A stretch of 55,599 nucleotides of DNA, the filler included, from Thermodesulfobacteriota bacterium (GTDB lineage: Bacteria; DASVDK01): NCBI GenBank assembly GCA_036381125.1. It is 3 parts of 3 records of this genome, joined end to end, with 100 filler letters (N's around TTAATTAATTAA, not from the genome) between each part and the next. Parts side by side here need not be neighbours in the genome. Positions count along the whole stretch, not along the records: positions 1 to 27,720 come from DASVDK010000376.1; positions 27,821 to 39,127 come from DASVDK010000380.1; 1 more part is not named here. One strand, written 5' to 3'. Shown one piece after another: positions 22,225 to 31,681 of this stretch (positions within the stretch are counted from its first letter, which is position 1; every line of letters starts with the position of its first letter). A program made the position numbers and the translations under genes. The notes beneath the pieces were generated by a model. The model saw only the letters and a program-made list of their open reading frames with translations. It was not told where the DNA came from and searched no databases.

Positions 22225-23213
22225 TTGGGGGCGCCGGCCGGGGCGGCGGGGCGCGCGGCCGAGACGAGCGCCACCCCGGCGACGATCGCCAGGATGCCGA
22301 GCGCCTGGCTGGCCGACACCCGCTCGCCGAGCGTCAGCGCGAGGAGGCCGGCGGTGAAGACCGGTTCGGCGGCGCCCACGACCGCCGTGCGCGCCGCGCC
22401 GAGCCGGCGCATGCCGATCATGAGCAGGGCGAGCGGCGCCGCCGTGGCGGCCACCGACATGAGACCGGCCGCCTGCAGGAGCGGCAGGAGGGGCGGCGGC
22501 GAGCCGCCCGCCGCGAGGCGCAGGACCAGGAACAGGAGGGCGCAGCCGAGCATCGAGTAGCCGGCCACCGCGAGCGGATCGGTCCGCGCGAGGACCCGCT
22601 GGCCGGCCAGCACGTAGGTCGAGTAGGACAGCGCCGCGCCGAGGGAGAGGAGCAGCCCGGCCGGCGGGCGCCCCCCCCGAGCGCCGTCGAGGAGGCCGGC
22701 GGCCAGGGCCGCGCCGCCCACGGCCAGCGCGAGGGCCGCCGCCCGCCGGGCGCCGAGCGGCTCGCGGAACAGGAGCGACGTGCCGAGCGCGACCCAGAGC
22801 GGGAAGGTGAAGTAGAGGGCCGAGAAGACCGCGCCGTCGGTGATGCGCAGGGCGAGGAAGGCGAGGAGCGACGGGGTCCCGTATCCCGCGGCGCCCATCG
22901 CCAGGAGGCGCGCCACCTCGCGCGGCGGCCGCGCGAGCGCCGCGCGGTCGCGCACCGCGCAGGCGACGAGCAGGATCGGCGCGGCCAGGCCGAAGCGGGC
23001 CGCGAGGAGCGAGAGCGGGTCGAGGCCCGCCCGGAAGCCGAGCTTCGCCCAGAGCGCGAGCGACCCGAAGCCGAGCGCCGAGAGGAGGACACAGGCCGTG
23101 GCCCATCCCGGCGGAGACTTCGCGAGGTGCGTGTACGCCATGTCGGCGGCGAGCGTCTCCGTGCGTCCCGCGGACTCCCGACCCGACACGGTCGGTGCCC
23201 GTCGGCCCGTCAT
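22215..23213 (-). CDS. DMT/EamA family transporter
   Basis: About 10 hydrophobic segments with EamA-type motifs LLAARF, FREPL, EPVFT and LGERVS. Start is either the ATG overlapping the pcrA stop or the later MAYTH. Confidence 0.85.
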   Translation of the reverse strand: MTGRRAPTVSGRESAGRTETLAADMAYTHLAKSPPGWATACVLLSALGFGSLALWAKLGFRAGLDPLSLLAARFGLAAPILLVACAVRDRAALARPPREVARLLAMGAAGYGTPSLLAFLALRITDGAVFSALYFTFPLWVALGTSLLFREPLGARRAAALALAVGGAALAAGLLDGARGGRPPAGLLLSLGAALSYSTYVLAGQRVLARTDPLAVAGYSMLGCALLFLVLRLAAGGSPPPLLPLLQAAGLMSVAATAAPLALLMIGMRRLGAARTAVVGAAEPVFTAGLLALTLGERVSASQALGILAIVAGVALVSAARPAAPAGAPNCP

Positions 23214-25999
23214 GCCTCGACGACGCGCAGGCTCGGGTGACCGGCCGCGAGGGTGCGCACGCCGGCCTTCGCGAACCGGACGACGACGCGCGACCCGTCG
23301 GTCGCCTCCACGACGCCGTCGCCGAAGGTGGTGTGGTGGACGCGGGTCCCCTTGCGCAGGCCCGGCGACCCGACGTCGACCGGCGCGTCGTCGTCCCACG
23401 GCGGGTCGTCGTACTCGATGTCGTCGCGCACCACGCGAGGCGCGAAGCCCCGCAGGCCCCGGATGATCGGCGCCGACACCGGGCCGCGCGGCGCGGCCCC
23501 GAACCGGGGCAGCTCGGCGCGCTCGCGCACGAGGAGCCGCGGCGGGATCTCGGTGAGGAAACGCGAGGGGATGGTGGGCGCCGGCTCGCCGCCGTAGAGC
23601 CGCCGGCGCCGGGCGCTCGTGAGGACGAGGAGCTGCCGCGCGCGCGTCATCCCGACGTAGCAGAGGCGCCGCTCCTCCTCGAGCTCCTCGTGGCTCTCGA
23701 GGCTGCGCGAGTGGGGGAAGAGCCCCTCCTCGAGCCCCACGAGGAAGACCAGGGGGAACTCGAGGCCCTTGGCGTTGTGCATGGTCATGAGGGCCAGCAC
23801 GCCGGCCGGCATGGCCGGATCGCCGCCGGTGGGCGTCGCGGTGTCGGCCGAGGTGGCGAGCGCGGCCGCGTCGAGGAAGGCCTCCACCGATGCGCCCTGC
23901 CCGCGCTCGGCCGCCTGCCGCGCGCCCGCGATCAGCTCGCGCACGTTCTCGAGCCGTCCCTGCGCCTCGACCGACTGCTCGGCCTCGAGCGCGGCCACGT
24001 AGCCGCTCTCGGTCGCCACCGCCTCGAGGACGTCGGCCGCGGACGCGCTACGCGCCTTCTCGGCGAGCCGCTCGCGCAGGTCGACGAACTCCGCGAGCGC
24101 CTTGCGAGCTGCCGTCCCCAGGGCCGGCGGTCCCCCCTGGCCCTGCCCGTCCTCGCCCCGCGCGGCCGCGACGATCGCGCCCCAGAGGGTGCCCCCCGAG
24201 GCCTCGGCCGCCCGGACGAGCCGGTCGAGCGTCGTCTTGCCGATGCCGCGCGGCGGGGTGTTGACGATGCGAAGGAGGGACACGGAGTCGGCCGGGTTCA
24301 CGAGGACCTTGAGGTAGGCGAGGAGGTCCTTCACCTCGGCCCGGTCGTAGAACCGGACGCCGCCGATGATGACGTACGGCACCTTGCGGCGGCGCAGCTC
24401 CTCCTCGAGGGCGCGCGACTGCGCGTTCACCCGGTAGAAGACCGCGGCGTCCTCGAGCCTGAGGCCTCTGGCGCGCGTCTCCTCGAGGATCGTCCGGACG
24501 ACGTAGGCGGCCTCGTCCGCCTCGTCGGCCGCCTCGTAGTGGCGAGGCGGCTCGCCTCCGGCCTGCGCCGTCCAGAGGCGCTTGCCCTTGCGCCCGCGGT
24601 TGTGCTCCACGACGGCGCCGGCCGCGTCGAGGATGGCCTGCGTGGACCGGTAGTTCTGCTCGAGCTTCACGACGGCGGCGCCCGGGTAGTCGCGCTCGAA
24701 GTCGAGGATGTTCCGGATGTCGGCGCCGCGCCAGCGGTAGATCGAGTTGTGCACGACCAGCCCGCCGGCCACGTAGTTGCGCGCCCCGGGCACCGAGAGG
24801 TCCACGACCTCTCCGTCGTAGCCCTCGACCGTGCGGCTCTCGACCGTGTCCTCGACGATGCGCCCGTCGGCATCGCAGGCGGCGAGCGGCACGCCGACCT
24901 GCACGGCGGCCAGCGGGATCACCCAGAGGTTCGGGATGGGCGACGGCTCCCCGTACCCGCCCCGGGGCTCGAGGCCGGGCGATCGCGCGGGGGCGGCCTG
25001 CACGCCGACGTAGACCGGGGGGCGGGTCGTGAAGACCAGGTGGTTCGGCGTGCCCCGCAGGTAGCGGCCTCCCCGCGTGGCGATGCTCACGAGCGCGCCG
25101 TCGTGCGACCGGACGAACCGGTGGTCGACCACGGCAACCCCCGTGCCGTCGCCCCCCGCGGCCACGCGCACGGCGTCGCCCGGGTGGACGTCGCGGATCG
25201 CGCGCGGCCGACCGTCGGCCCCGAGGACCGGCGTGTCGGGCGGCAGGCACTGGTCGTCGTCGCCCACGACGCAGAGGTTGCCGGCGGCCGCGGCGAGCAG
25301 GCGGACCAGGCGGTACTGGACGCGGTTGGTGTCCTGGTACTCGTCCACGTGGACGTAGCGCGCCCGCCGCTGGTAGCGCGCCGCCAGGTCGGGGTGGCGC
25401 TCGAGCGCCTCGAGGGCGAGGAGGAGGAGGTCGCCGAAGTCCATGGCGCCGTTGGCGGCGAGCATCTGCTGGTACCTGGCGTAGACCTTCGCGACCTTCT
25501 CGTCGATGAAGTCGTGCGGCCGCGCGGCGAAGGCGCGCGGGGAGAGCCCCTCGTTCTTCGCCTGGTCGATGCGCGCGGCGATCTGGCGCAACGGGAAGAG
25601 CTTCTCGTTGATGTTCAGCTCCCGGCAGGCGTCGCGCAGGACCGCCGCCTGATCGGCCTCGTCGTAGACGGTGAACGTGCGCGGCAGCCCGACCCGCTCG
25701 GCGCTCTCGCGCAGGATCCGCAGGCACGCCGAGTGGAAGGTGCCCATCCAGACCCGGCTCGCCTCGGGCCCGAGGAGCCCCGAGAGGCGCTCGCGCATCT
25801 CGCCCGCGGCCTTGTTGGTGAACGTGAGCGCCAGCACCTCGTCGGGGCGCGCCAGCCCAGACCGGATGATGTGGGCGATGCGGTAGGTGAGGACGCGCGT
25901 CTTGCCCGAACCCGCGCCGGCAAGGATGAGGAGCGGCCCCTCCGTGGCCTCCACGGCGGCGCGTTGCTCGGGGTTGAGGGCCGAGGCGAGATCGAGCAT
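23210..25999 (-). CDS. pcrA: ATP-dependent DNA helicase PcrA/UvrD, intein-containing
   Basis: Motifs AGAGSGKT, TFTNKAA, VDEYQDTN, GDDDQ|SIY, LEQNYRS, MTMHNAKGLEF and EEERRLCYVGMTRA; C-terminal Tudor-like RVHHTTFGDG. Confidence 0.95.
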   Translation of the reverse strand: MLDLASALNPEQRAAVEATEGPLLILAGAGSGKTRVLTYRIAHIIRSGLARPDEVLALTFTNKAAGEMRERLSGLLGPEASRVWMGTFHSACLRILRESAERVGLPRTFTVYDEADQAAVLRDACRELNINEKLFPLRQIAARIDQAKNEGLSPRAFAARPHDFIDEKVAKVYARYQQMLAANGAMDFGDLLLLALEALERHPDLAARYQRRARYVHVDEYQDTNRVQYRLVRLLAAAAGNLCVVGDDDQCLPPDTPVLGADGRPRAIRDVHPGDAVRVAAGGDGTGVAVVDHRFVRSHDGALVSIATRGGRYLRGTPNHLVFTTRPPVYVGVQAAPARSPGLEPRGGYGEPSPIPNLWVIPLAAVQVGVPLAACDADGRIVEDTVESRTVEGYDGEVVDLSVPGARNYVAGGLVVHNSIYRWRGADIRNILDFERDYPGAAVVKLEQNYRSTQAILDAAGAVVEHNRGRKGKRLWTAQAGGEPPRHYEAADEADEAAYVVRTILEETRARGLRLEDAAVFYRVNAQSRALEEELRRRKVPYVIIGGVRFYDRAEVKDLLAYLKVLVNPADSVSLLRIVNTPPRGIGKTTLDRLVRAAEASGGTLWGAIVAAARGEDGQGQGGPPALGTAARKALAEFVDLRERLAEKARSASAADVLEAVATESGYVAALEAEQSVEAQGRLENVRELIAGARQAAERGQGASVEAFLDAAALATSADTATPTGGDPAMPAGVLALMTMHNAKGLEFPLVFLVGLEEGLFPHSRSLESHEELEEERRLCYVGMTRARQLLVLTSARRRRLYGGEPAPTIPSRFLTEIPPRLLVRERAELPRFGAAPRGPVSAPIIRGLRGFAPRVVRDDIEYDDPPWDDDAPVDVGSPGLRKGTRVHHTTFGDGVVEATDGSRVVVRFAKAGVRTLAAGHPSLRVVEA
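24746..25249 (-). mobile_element. Mini-intein (168 aa) in helicase motif III
   Basis: Splits GDDDQ/SIYRWRGA. Begins CLPPDT, has block B TPNH and block F VVDLSV..ARNYVAGG, ends VHN with +1 Ser. No endonuclease domain. Confidence 0.95.
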
Positions 26000-26183
26000 G
26001 GCGGTCATTGTACCCGGGCGATCAAGGAGGGCGGCGCCTGCAGGCCACGCCGGCGATGGATCGCGTACGGACCCTCCTCTCGCTTGCTGCCGTGGGGACC
26101 GATGCTCTAGACTCCTCCAGCGATCGGGACGCCCGCGCGTGCCGAGCGCTCGCTCCGTTTCCGGCCTCCTGGGGACCTTCTAC

Positions 26184-27720
26184 GTGCAGCCGACCGCGAC
26201 CACGGACGGAGACCTGCCGACAGTTCGCGCCGTCCCGTGGTGGCGCACCTGGCGGGCGTCGCTCGCCGCGGTCTTCCTGGTGGTGGTCCTCGCCGTGGCG
26301 CTGTCCGAGGTGTTCCACGTCGTACGCGCGTACGCGCGCGCGGAGGCCGAGGCCCTCGCCAGGAACGAGGAGATGGCCGAGAGCCTCGCGACCGCGACCG
26401 AGATCTTCATCGATCGCTACAGCGTCATCGCGCAGACCACCGCCCAGGCGGTGTTCGGCGGGCCGCTGTCGAGCGAGGAGCGCCGCCGCCTGCTCGTCAC
26501 CGTCCGGCGCACGCACCCCGAGATCGTCAGCCTGGCGGCCATCTTGCCGAACGGCGCCATCGTCGAGGCCGAGCCGCGCGAGTCGGTCGGCGCGGCCGTC
26601 GCCGAGCGCGCGTACTTCCGGCAGATCGTCGACGGCGCGCCGCTCGTCGTGAGCGACCTGCTCGTCGGCCAGGCGACCGGATCGCTCGACATCGTCGTGG
26701 CGGCCGCCGCCCGCTCGCCCGACGGCCGGCTGCTCGGCGTCGTCACCGTCCGGCCGGCGATCGACCGCCTCGTGCGCGAGGTGCGGCCGTCGCTGCGCAA
26801 GGACGCGCACGCGCTCGTCGTCGACCGGTCCGGACGCGCGGTCGTCCACGACGGCCACCCGAAGCTCGCCTGGGAGCAGCGCGACTACTCGCTCGTCCCC
26901 GTCGTCGCGGACGCCCTGGCCGGGCGACGCGCCGTGAGCGCCAGCTTCACGAGCCCGGTGGACGGCACGGCCGTCCTCGGGGCCATGGTGCCCATCGCCA
27001 GCATCGGCTGGGCGGCGGGCGTGGTCCAGCCGGTCGAGACCGCCCTGGCGAGCGCCACGGAGGACCGCCGGTTCGCGCTCGTGGCCGTGGCCCTCATCCT
27101 GCTGCTCGGCGTCTCGCTCGCGCTGGTGACGGCCGACCGCCTCTCGGCGCCCATCCGCGCCCTGTCGGAGGGCGTCACCGCCCTCAGCCGCGGCGACCTG
27201 TCGCACCGCGTCAGGGTGAACGCCCGAAACGAGATCGGCCAGCTCGCCGATCACGTGAACGCGATGGCGGCGCGGCTCGAGGCGGCGCGCGACCGGGAGA
27301 GCCGGGCGGTCGCCGAGGCCCGTGCCGCGCGCGACCGCCTGGCGTTCCTCGCGGGCGTGAGCACCCAGATCGGCGCCTCCCTCGACTACGAGGCGACGCT
27401 GCGCGCCCTGGCGCGCCTGGTCGTGCCCGTGCTGGCCGACGGGTGCCTGGTGGGCCTCGCGGACGGCGATCACGCCACGTGGCCGTTCGCGGTCGCGCAC
27501 GTCGACCCGGCGCGCGAGGCGCTCCTCGAGGCGCTCCACGCCGGGTCCGACGGGATCCACGGCCCGCAGCCGGCCGTCGCGGCCTTCCGCAGCGGCAAGC
27601 CGGAGCTGGTGCTCGACGTGACCGACGCCTGGATGGAGTCGGTGAGCCAGGACGCGCGGCAGCTCGACCTCCTCAGGCGGCTCGGTCTCGTGTCCTGCAT
27701 GGCGGTGCCCCTCGTCGCCC
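26184..27720 (+). CDS. Membrane sensor (Cache + HAMP + GAF), 3'-truncated; start uncertain
   Basis: TM helix, Cache-like RAYFRQ...VVSDLLVG and VVDRSG, second TM, HAMP RGDLSHRV...NEIGQLA..VNAMA, GAF SLDYEATL...SCMAVPL. Runs into the contig join. Confidence 0.8.
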
Positions 27721-27820
27721 NNNNNNNNNNNNNNNNNNNNNNNNNNNNNNNNNNNNNNNNNNNNTTAATTAATTAANNNNNNNNNNNNNNNNNNNNNNNN
27801 NNNNNNNNNNNNNNNNNNNN
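27721..27820. other. Artificial contig linker
   Basis: N44-TTAATTAATTAA-N44 spacer with stops in all six frames. Confidence 0.98.
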
Positions 27821-28525
27821 CCTGCCGCGCACGGCCGGCAGGAGCAGGGCAGCCGCCGCCGCGACCGCCAGCGCCAGGGCGAGCCAGGCGTACGGACGAG
27901 CGGCCGCGCGCCGGCCGCCGACGGCCAGGGCCGCGGACCGGAGCGTCGCGTAGGCGAGCACGGCCGGACCGAGCGCCAGCGCGATGGGGTGCAGGTGGGT
28001 CGCGAGGAGCCCGGCCGCCGCCGCGAGCGCCAGCCACCTGCCGCGCGCCGCCGTCGGCCGCGGCCCCTCGTCCCGGCCTTCGACGGCGCGGTAGGTCGCG
28101 AACGCGGCGAGGAGCGAGAAGAAGGTCAGCGGGCTGTAGAGCCGCGCGAAGCGCGAGACGTCGACGGCGTCGGCCGAGAGGGCGACCAGGGTGAGCGCGA
28201 CGACCCCGGCGACCGGGCCGAAGAGGGCCAGCCCGACCGCGTACGCGAGCGCCATCGTGCCGACGCCGAAGAGGAGCGCCGGCACGCGCGCCGCCCCCTC
28301 GCTCTCGCCGAGCAGCGCGAAGGCGCCGGCCGTGAGGTAGGTGTTGAGGCGGGCCCGCGTGTACTCGCGCCCCGGCACCCGGAGCCCCTCCCCGGCCAGC
28401 CAGCTCCTGGCGGCGAAGACGTCGTAGAACTCGTCGCAGCAGAAGGCCGGCGCACCGAGGTTGGCCGCCCGCAGGAAGACGCCGAGCGCGAGGAGCACGA
28501 CCGCGAGCCCGACGTGGAGCCGCAC
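27821..28525 (-). CDS. GT39/PMT/ArnT-like membrane glycosyltransferase, 3'-truncated
   Basis: FLRAANLG...CCDE, LLGESEGAARVPALLFG and SRFARLY; paralogous to 34837-36462; GTG start. Confidence 0.8.
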
Positions 28526-28533
28526 GGGGCGGT

Positions 28534-30141
28534 CTAGCTCTCCGCGTCCGGCGCGGTCATCGGGCCGGGCGACGCCTCGGGAGTCGGCGTCGCCCCGGGA
28601 GTCGGCGTTACCTCGGGAGTGGGCGTCGCCTCGGGACTCGGCGTCAGCTCGGGAGTGGGCCTCGCCTCGGGAGTGGGCGTCATCTCGGGAGTGGGCGTCG
28701 CCTCGGGGCTCGGCGACGGCTCCGGGCTCACCGATGCGATGGGCGGTTCGAACGGGCCGAAGTCGGGGCTGTTCCACATCTCGTCGAACCGCGCCCGCAT
28801 GGCGTCGACCAGCGCCCGGTCCCTCGCGATCACCATGTCCTCCGTCTGGTAGTAGAGGGCCTGGCAGCCGCGGATGCGCCTGGACGACGTCGTGGTGTAG
28901 TTGCCCGACCCCCAGACGGCGGCCTCCGTCGTGATGATCGACTTCATGTGCATGAAGCCCGGGTGCGCGGTCGCGCGCACGTCGACGTCGGCACCGTCGG
29001 CCTTGAGCGCCAGGAGATCGTCGATGAACTTCGTCATGCTCGGGTAGTTCGAGCTGCCGTACTGGCTCCGCTCGAAGATGAGCCGCGTCGGGACGCCGGA
29101 TCGCGCCCGCTCGAGGATCGGTTCGACGATCGATCCGACCGTGATGCGGAACGCGATGACGTCGAGCGCCTCCTGCTCCCGCGCCACGAGCCGGCCGACG
29201 ACGTCGCGGTTGCACTGCTCGTCCCCGGCGAAGCAGACCGTGAGCTCGCCGTCGTCCGGCGGCAGCACGGCCGGCGGGTCCTCGTAGCAGGTCGTCGGCG
29301 GGTCGGCCTCGGTCTCCTCGAACGTCGGCAGCGTCATCCCCGCCGTGAACGCCTGGTACGCCGCCGGAGCCGCTCCGGAGTTCGCCCAGGCGCGGTCGAA
29401 CCGCTCCCGGTAGCGCGCGAAGACGGCCGGGTTGTCGGTGAAGAACGCCAGCTCCTCGTTCCACTCGGTCTCGCCGGTCCGGCCGTTGAAGACCTTCCGG
29501 CTCGCGATGGACGTGTAGTTCATCGAGCCCTGCTCGACGAGCCCGAGACCGTGGAGGATCGTCATCTTGTGGTGGATGATCCCCCGGAAGCGGTTCACGC
29601 GGACCGGCACGCCGCTCGAGGCGAGGAAGTCCAGCTCGCGCCGGTGCTGCTGCTTGATCGTGTACGCGTGGCGGTCGGCCAGCACGCGGACCGGCACCCC
29701 GGCCCGGTGCTTCTCCACGAGGACGCGCGTGAGGCGGCTGTCGTACAGGTGGTAGATCGCCACGTCGATGCCCTGCGTCTCCGCCCGGGCGAGCGAGATG
29801 AGCCGGTTCATGCAATCGGTCTTCGGCGAGAAGCAGAGCTCCCGCAGCTCCGGCCCCGGCGGCTCCGCCGGCGGCGGCAGCGGCCCCTGCTCGATGTCCT
29901 CCTCGGCGGGCGTCTCGTCCGGCGGCGTGATCTCGTCCTCGACGTCGGCCTCGCCGCCGAGCTGATCGTCTCGCGGAGCCGTTCCGCCCCTGATGCCGCT
30001 GCCCGACGAGGCCGAGCCGCCCTCGCCGTCGCTGCTGCCGCAGCCGCCGACGCCGAATGACAGCACGAGGAGGAGGAGGAGAGCCGCGGCGGGCGCCGCG
30101 TCACGGCGCCGGAGGAGCCATCGAGTTCGCAGGCGCAGCAT
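28534..30141 (-). CDS. Phospholipase D superfamily lipoprotein with two HxK motifs
   Basis: Signal peptide with lipobox VGGC; IDVAIY; HHKMTIL...GSMNYT and HMKSII...GSGNYT; C-terminal Thr/Pro repeats. Confidence 0.8.
   Translation of the reverse strand: MLRLRTRWLLRRRDAAPAAALLLLLVLSFGVGGCGSSDGEGGSASSGSGIRGGTAPRDDQLGGEADVEDEITPPDETPAEEDIEQGPLPPPAEPPGPELRELCFSPKTDCMNRLISLARAETQGIDVAIYHLYDSRLTRVLVEKHRAGVPVRVLADRHAYTIKQQHRRELDFLASSGVPVRVNRFRGIIHHKMTILHGLGLVEQGSMNYTSIASRKVFNGRTGETEWNEELAFFTDNPAVFARYRERFDRAWANSGAAPAAYQAFTAGMTLPTFEETEADPPTTCYEDPPAVLPPDDGELTVCFAGDEQCNRDVVGRLVAREQEALDVIAFRITVGSIVEPILERARSGVPTRLIFERSQYGSSNYPSMTKFIDDLLALKADGADVDVRATAHPGFMHMKSIITTEAAVWGSGNYTTTSSRRIRGCQALYYQTEDMVIARDRALVDAMRARFDEMWNSPDFGPFEPPIASVSPEPSPSPEATPTPEMTPTPEARPTPELTPSPEATPTPEVTPTPGATPTPEASPGPMTAPDAES
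28567..28728 (-). repeat. Coding 18-bp tandem repeat x9, encoding (S/T)PExxP hexapeptides
   Basis: [54 protein letters not shown]. Confidence 0.9.
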
Positions 30142-31681
30142 CACGGCTCGCCGCGGACTGCAAGGGACGAGCCCGGGCCTGCTCAGGCTTCTCCGGGCCG
30201 CACCCGGCCTCGCCTGGGCAGCGACGGAGCCATCGCCCGACGACCGCGAGGTCTGCCGAGCGAAGCACGCCGACGTGACACGCGAGCCCCACGAGCACGC
30301 CGGCGTAGCCGAGCGCCGAGAGGCCGAGCACCAGCGGCTCGCCGAAGCGGGACGCGAACGGCCAGACCGGGAGCGCCGCGGCGCCGGCGACGGCGGCAAT
30401 CAGTCCGACCTCTCGCCAGGGGACGAGCGAGCGGCTCGACACGCCGAGCACTGCCGCGGTGCGGCGAACGTAGAACACCGCGGCCGCGAGCGGACCGAGC
30501 GCGGCGCCGAGCGCGGGACCGAGGAGGCCCATCGGCTGCACGAGGATCAGGCTGGCGCCGGCGCTCACCAGGAGCGACAGCACCGAACCGGCGAGCAGCG
30601 TGTGCGTCCGCCCGGTGGCCGTGAGGACGAGGGGCCAGGTCCCGATGCGAAGCGCGAGCAGCACCAGGTAGACGCGGAAGATCGGAACGCTCGCCAGGTA
30701 GCGCTCGCCGTAGAGGAGCGTCACGACGGGCGCCGCGAAGACGAACAGCATGACCGCCAGCGGCAGCACGAGCAGGGCCTGCCCGCGCACCGCCTCCCGC
30801 CAGAGCGGCAGGACCTCCGCCGTCCGGCCGTCGCGGGCCAGCGCCGTGAAGCGCTGCTGCAGGACGATCCCGATCGACTGGAGCACGAGCGGGACCACCG
30901 GCACCTGGCGCGCCCCGACCGCGTAGACCGCGAAGAGCGCCGGCGGGTAGAGCGCGCCGATGATGTAGCGATCGAGGAAGCGGCCGATCGTGCCGACGTG
31001 CGTCGAGGCGGCGAAGGGGACGGCGTACCGGAGCTGTGCGGCCAGGAGGCGCCCGTCGAGCACCTGGCGCAACCGCGGCGGCCGCCGCGAGACGACGGCC
31101 GCGACCAGGCCGGCGACGGCCGTGCCGACGCCGAGGTGCACGAGCGCGACCGACAGGGCGAGCGACGCCAGGTCGGCACCCACCAGAGCCGCGCCCACCG
31201 TGACCGCGCCGTCCCCCAGGGCGATGCCGGCCGCCACGAGCGTCGCCGCCCGGTACCGGCCCATGGCGACCAGGAGGGGATGCGCCGCCGCGGCCGGCAG
31301 CATGCCGACGAGCGCGAGGCCGTAGCGGGCGACGGCCGGGGCGAGGTCCGCGTTGTTCAGCGCCGCGGCGAGCGGGCGGGCCGCAACCGCGAGCGCGCCC
31401 GAGCCGCACAGGCCGAGCACCACGAGGAGGCCGAAGGCCTGCACGAGCACCGCCTCGCGCCGGCCGTCGGTGTAGGCCGGCAGGAAGTAGTAGAGGCCCG
31501 ACGGGATGCCCAGGTAGAGGATCGGCGAGACCGTGGCGACGAGCATCGTGACCTGCAGGTACGACCCGAACGTCTCCGCCGGGAAGAGGCGCGCGAGGAC
31601 GATGCCGACGCCGAGCTGCACGGCGACGGCGGCCGCGCTGCCGAGCGTGAGGATGCCGACCTGATCGGCGAGCCGGCGCAT
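30101..31681 (-). CDS. Wzx/MOP-type oligosaccharide flippase
   Basis: Motifs IVLARLF..ETFG.Y, LGIPSGLYYFLP, LDRYIIG and VTLLYGERY..SVPIFRVY; many TM helices. Start at MRRLAD. Confidence 0.88.
   Translation of the reverse strand: MRRLADQVGILTLGSAAAVAVQLGVGIVLARLFPAETFGSYLQVTMLVATVSPILYLGIPSGLYYFLPAYTDGRREAVLVQAFGLLVVLGLCGSGALAVAARPLAAALNNADLAPAVARYGLALVGMLPAAAAHPLLVAMGRYRAATLVAAGIALGDGAVTVGAALVGADLASLALSVALVHLGVGTAVAGLVAAVVSRRPPRLRQVLDGRLLAAQLRYAVPFAASTHVGTIGRFLDRYIIGALYPPALFAVYAVGARQVPVVPLVLQSIGIVLQQRFTALARDGRTAEVLPLWREAVRGQALLVLPLAVMLFVFAAPVVTLLYGERYLASVPIFRVYLVLLALRIGTWPLVLTATGRTHTLLAGSVLSLLVSAGASLILVQPMGLLGPALGAALGPLAAAVFYVRRTAAVLGVSSRSLVPWREVGLIAAVAGAAALPVWPFASRFGEPLVLGLSALGYAGVLVGLACHVGVLRSADLAVVGRWLRRCPGEAGCGPEKPEQARARPLQSAASRDAAPANSMAPPAP

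Noticed and set aside
27721-27820. TTAATTAATTAA palindrome within Ns (also at 39128-39227)
   Set aside because: Identical artificial contig spacer, not biological. Genes on either side (sensor/GT39; solA-like/deaminase) are not neighbours.
28567-28728. Regular repeats as a possible CRISPR array
   Set aside because: 18-bp in-frame coding repeats with no unique spacers and no cas genes.
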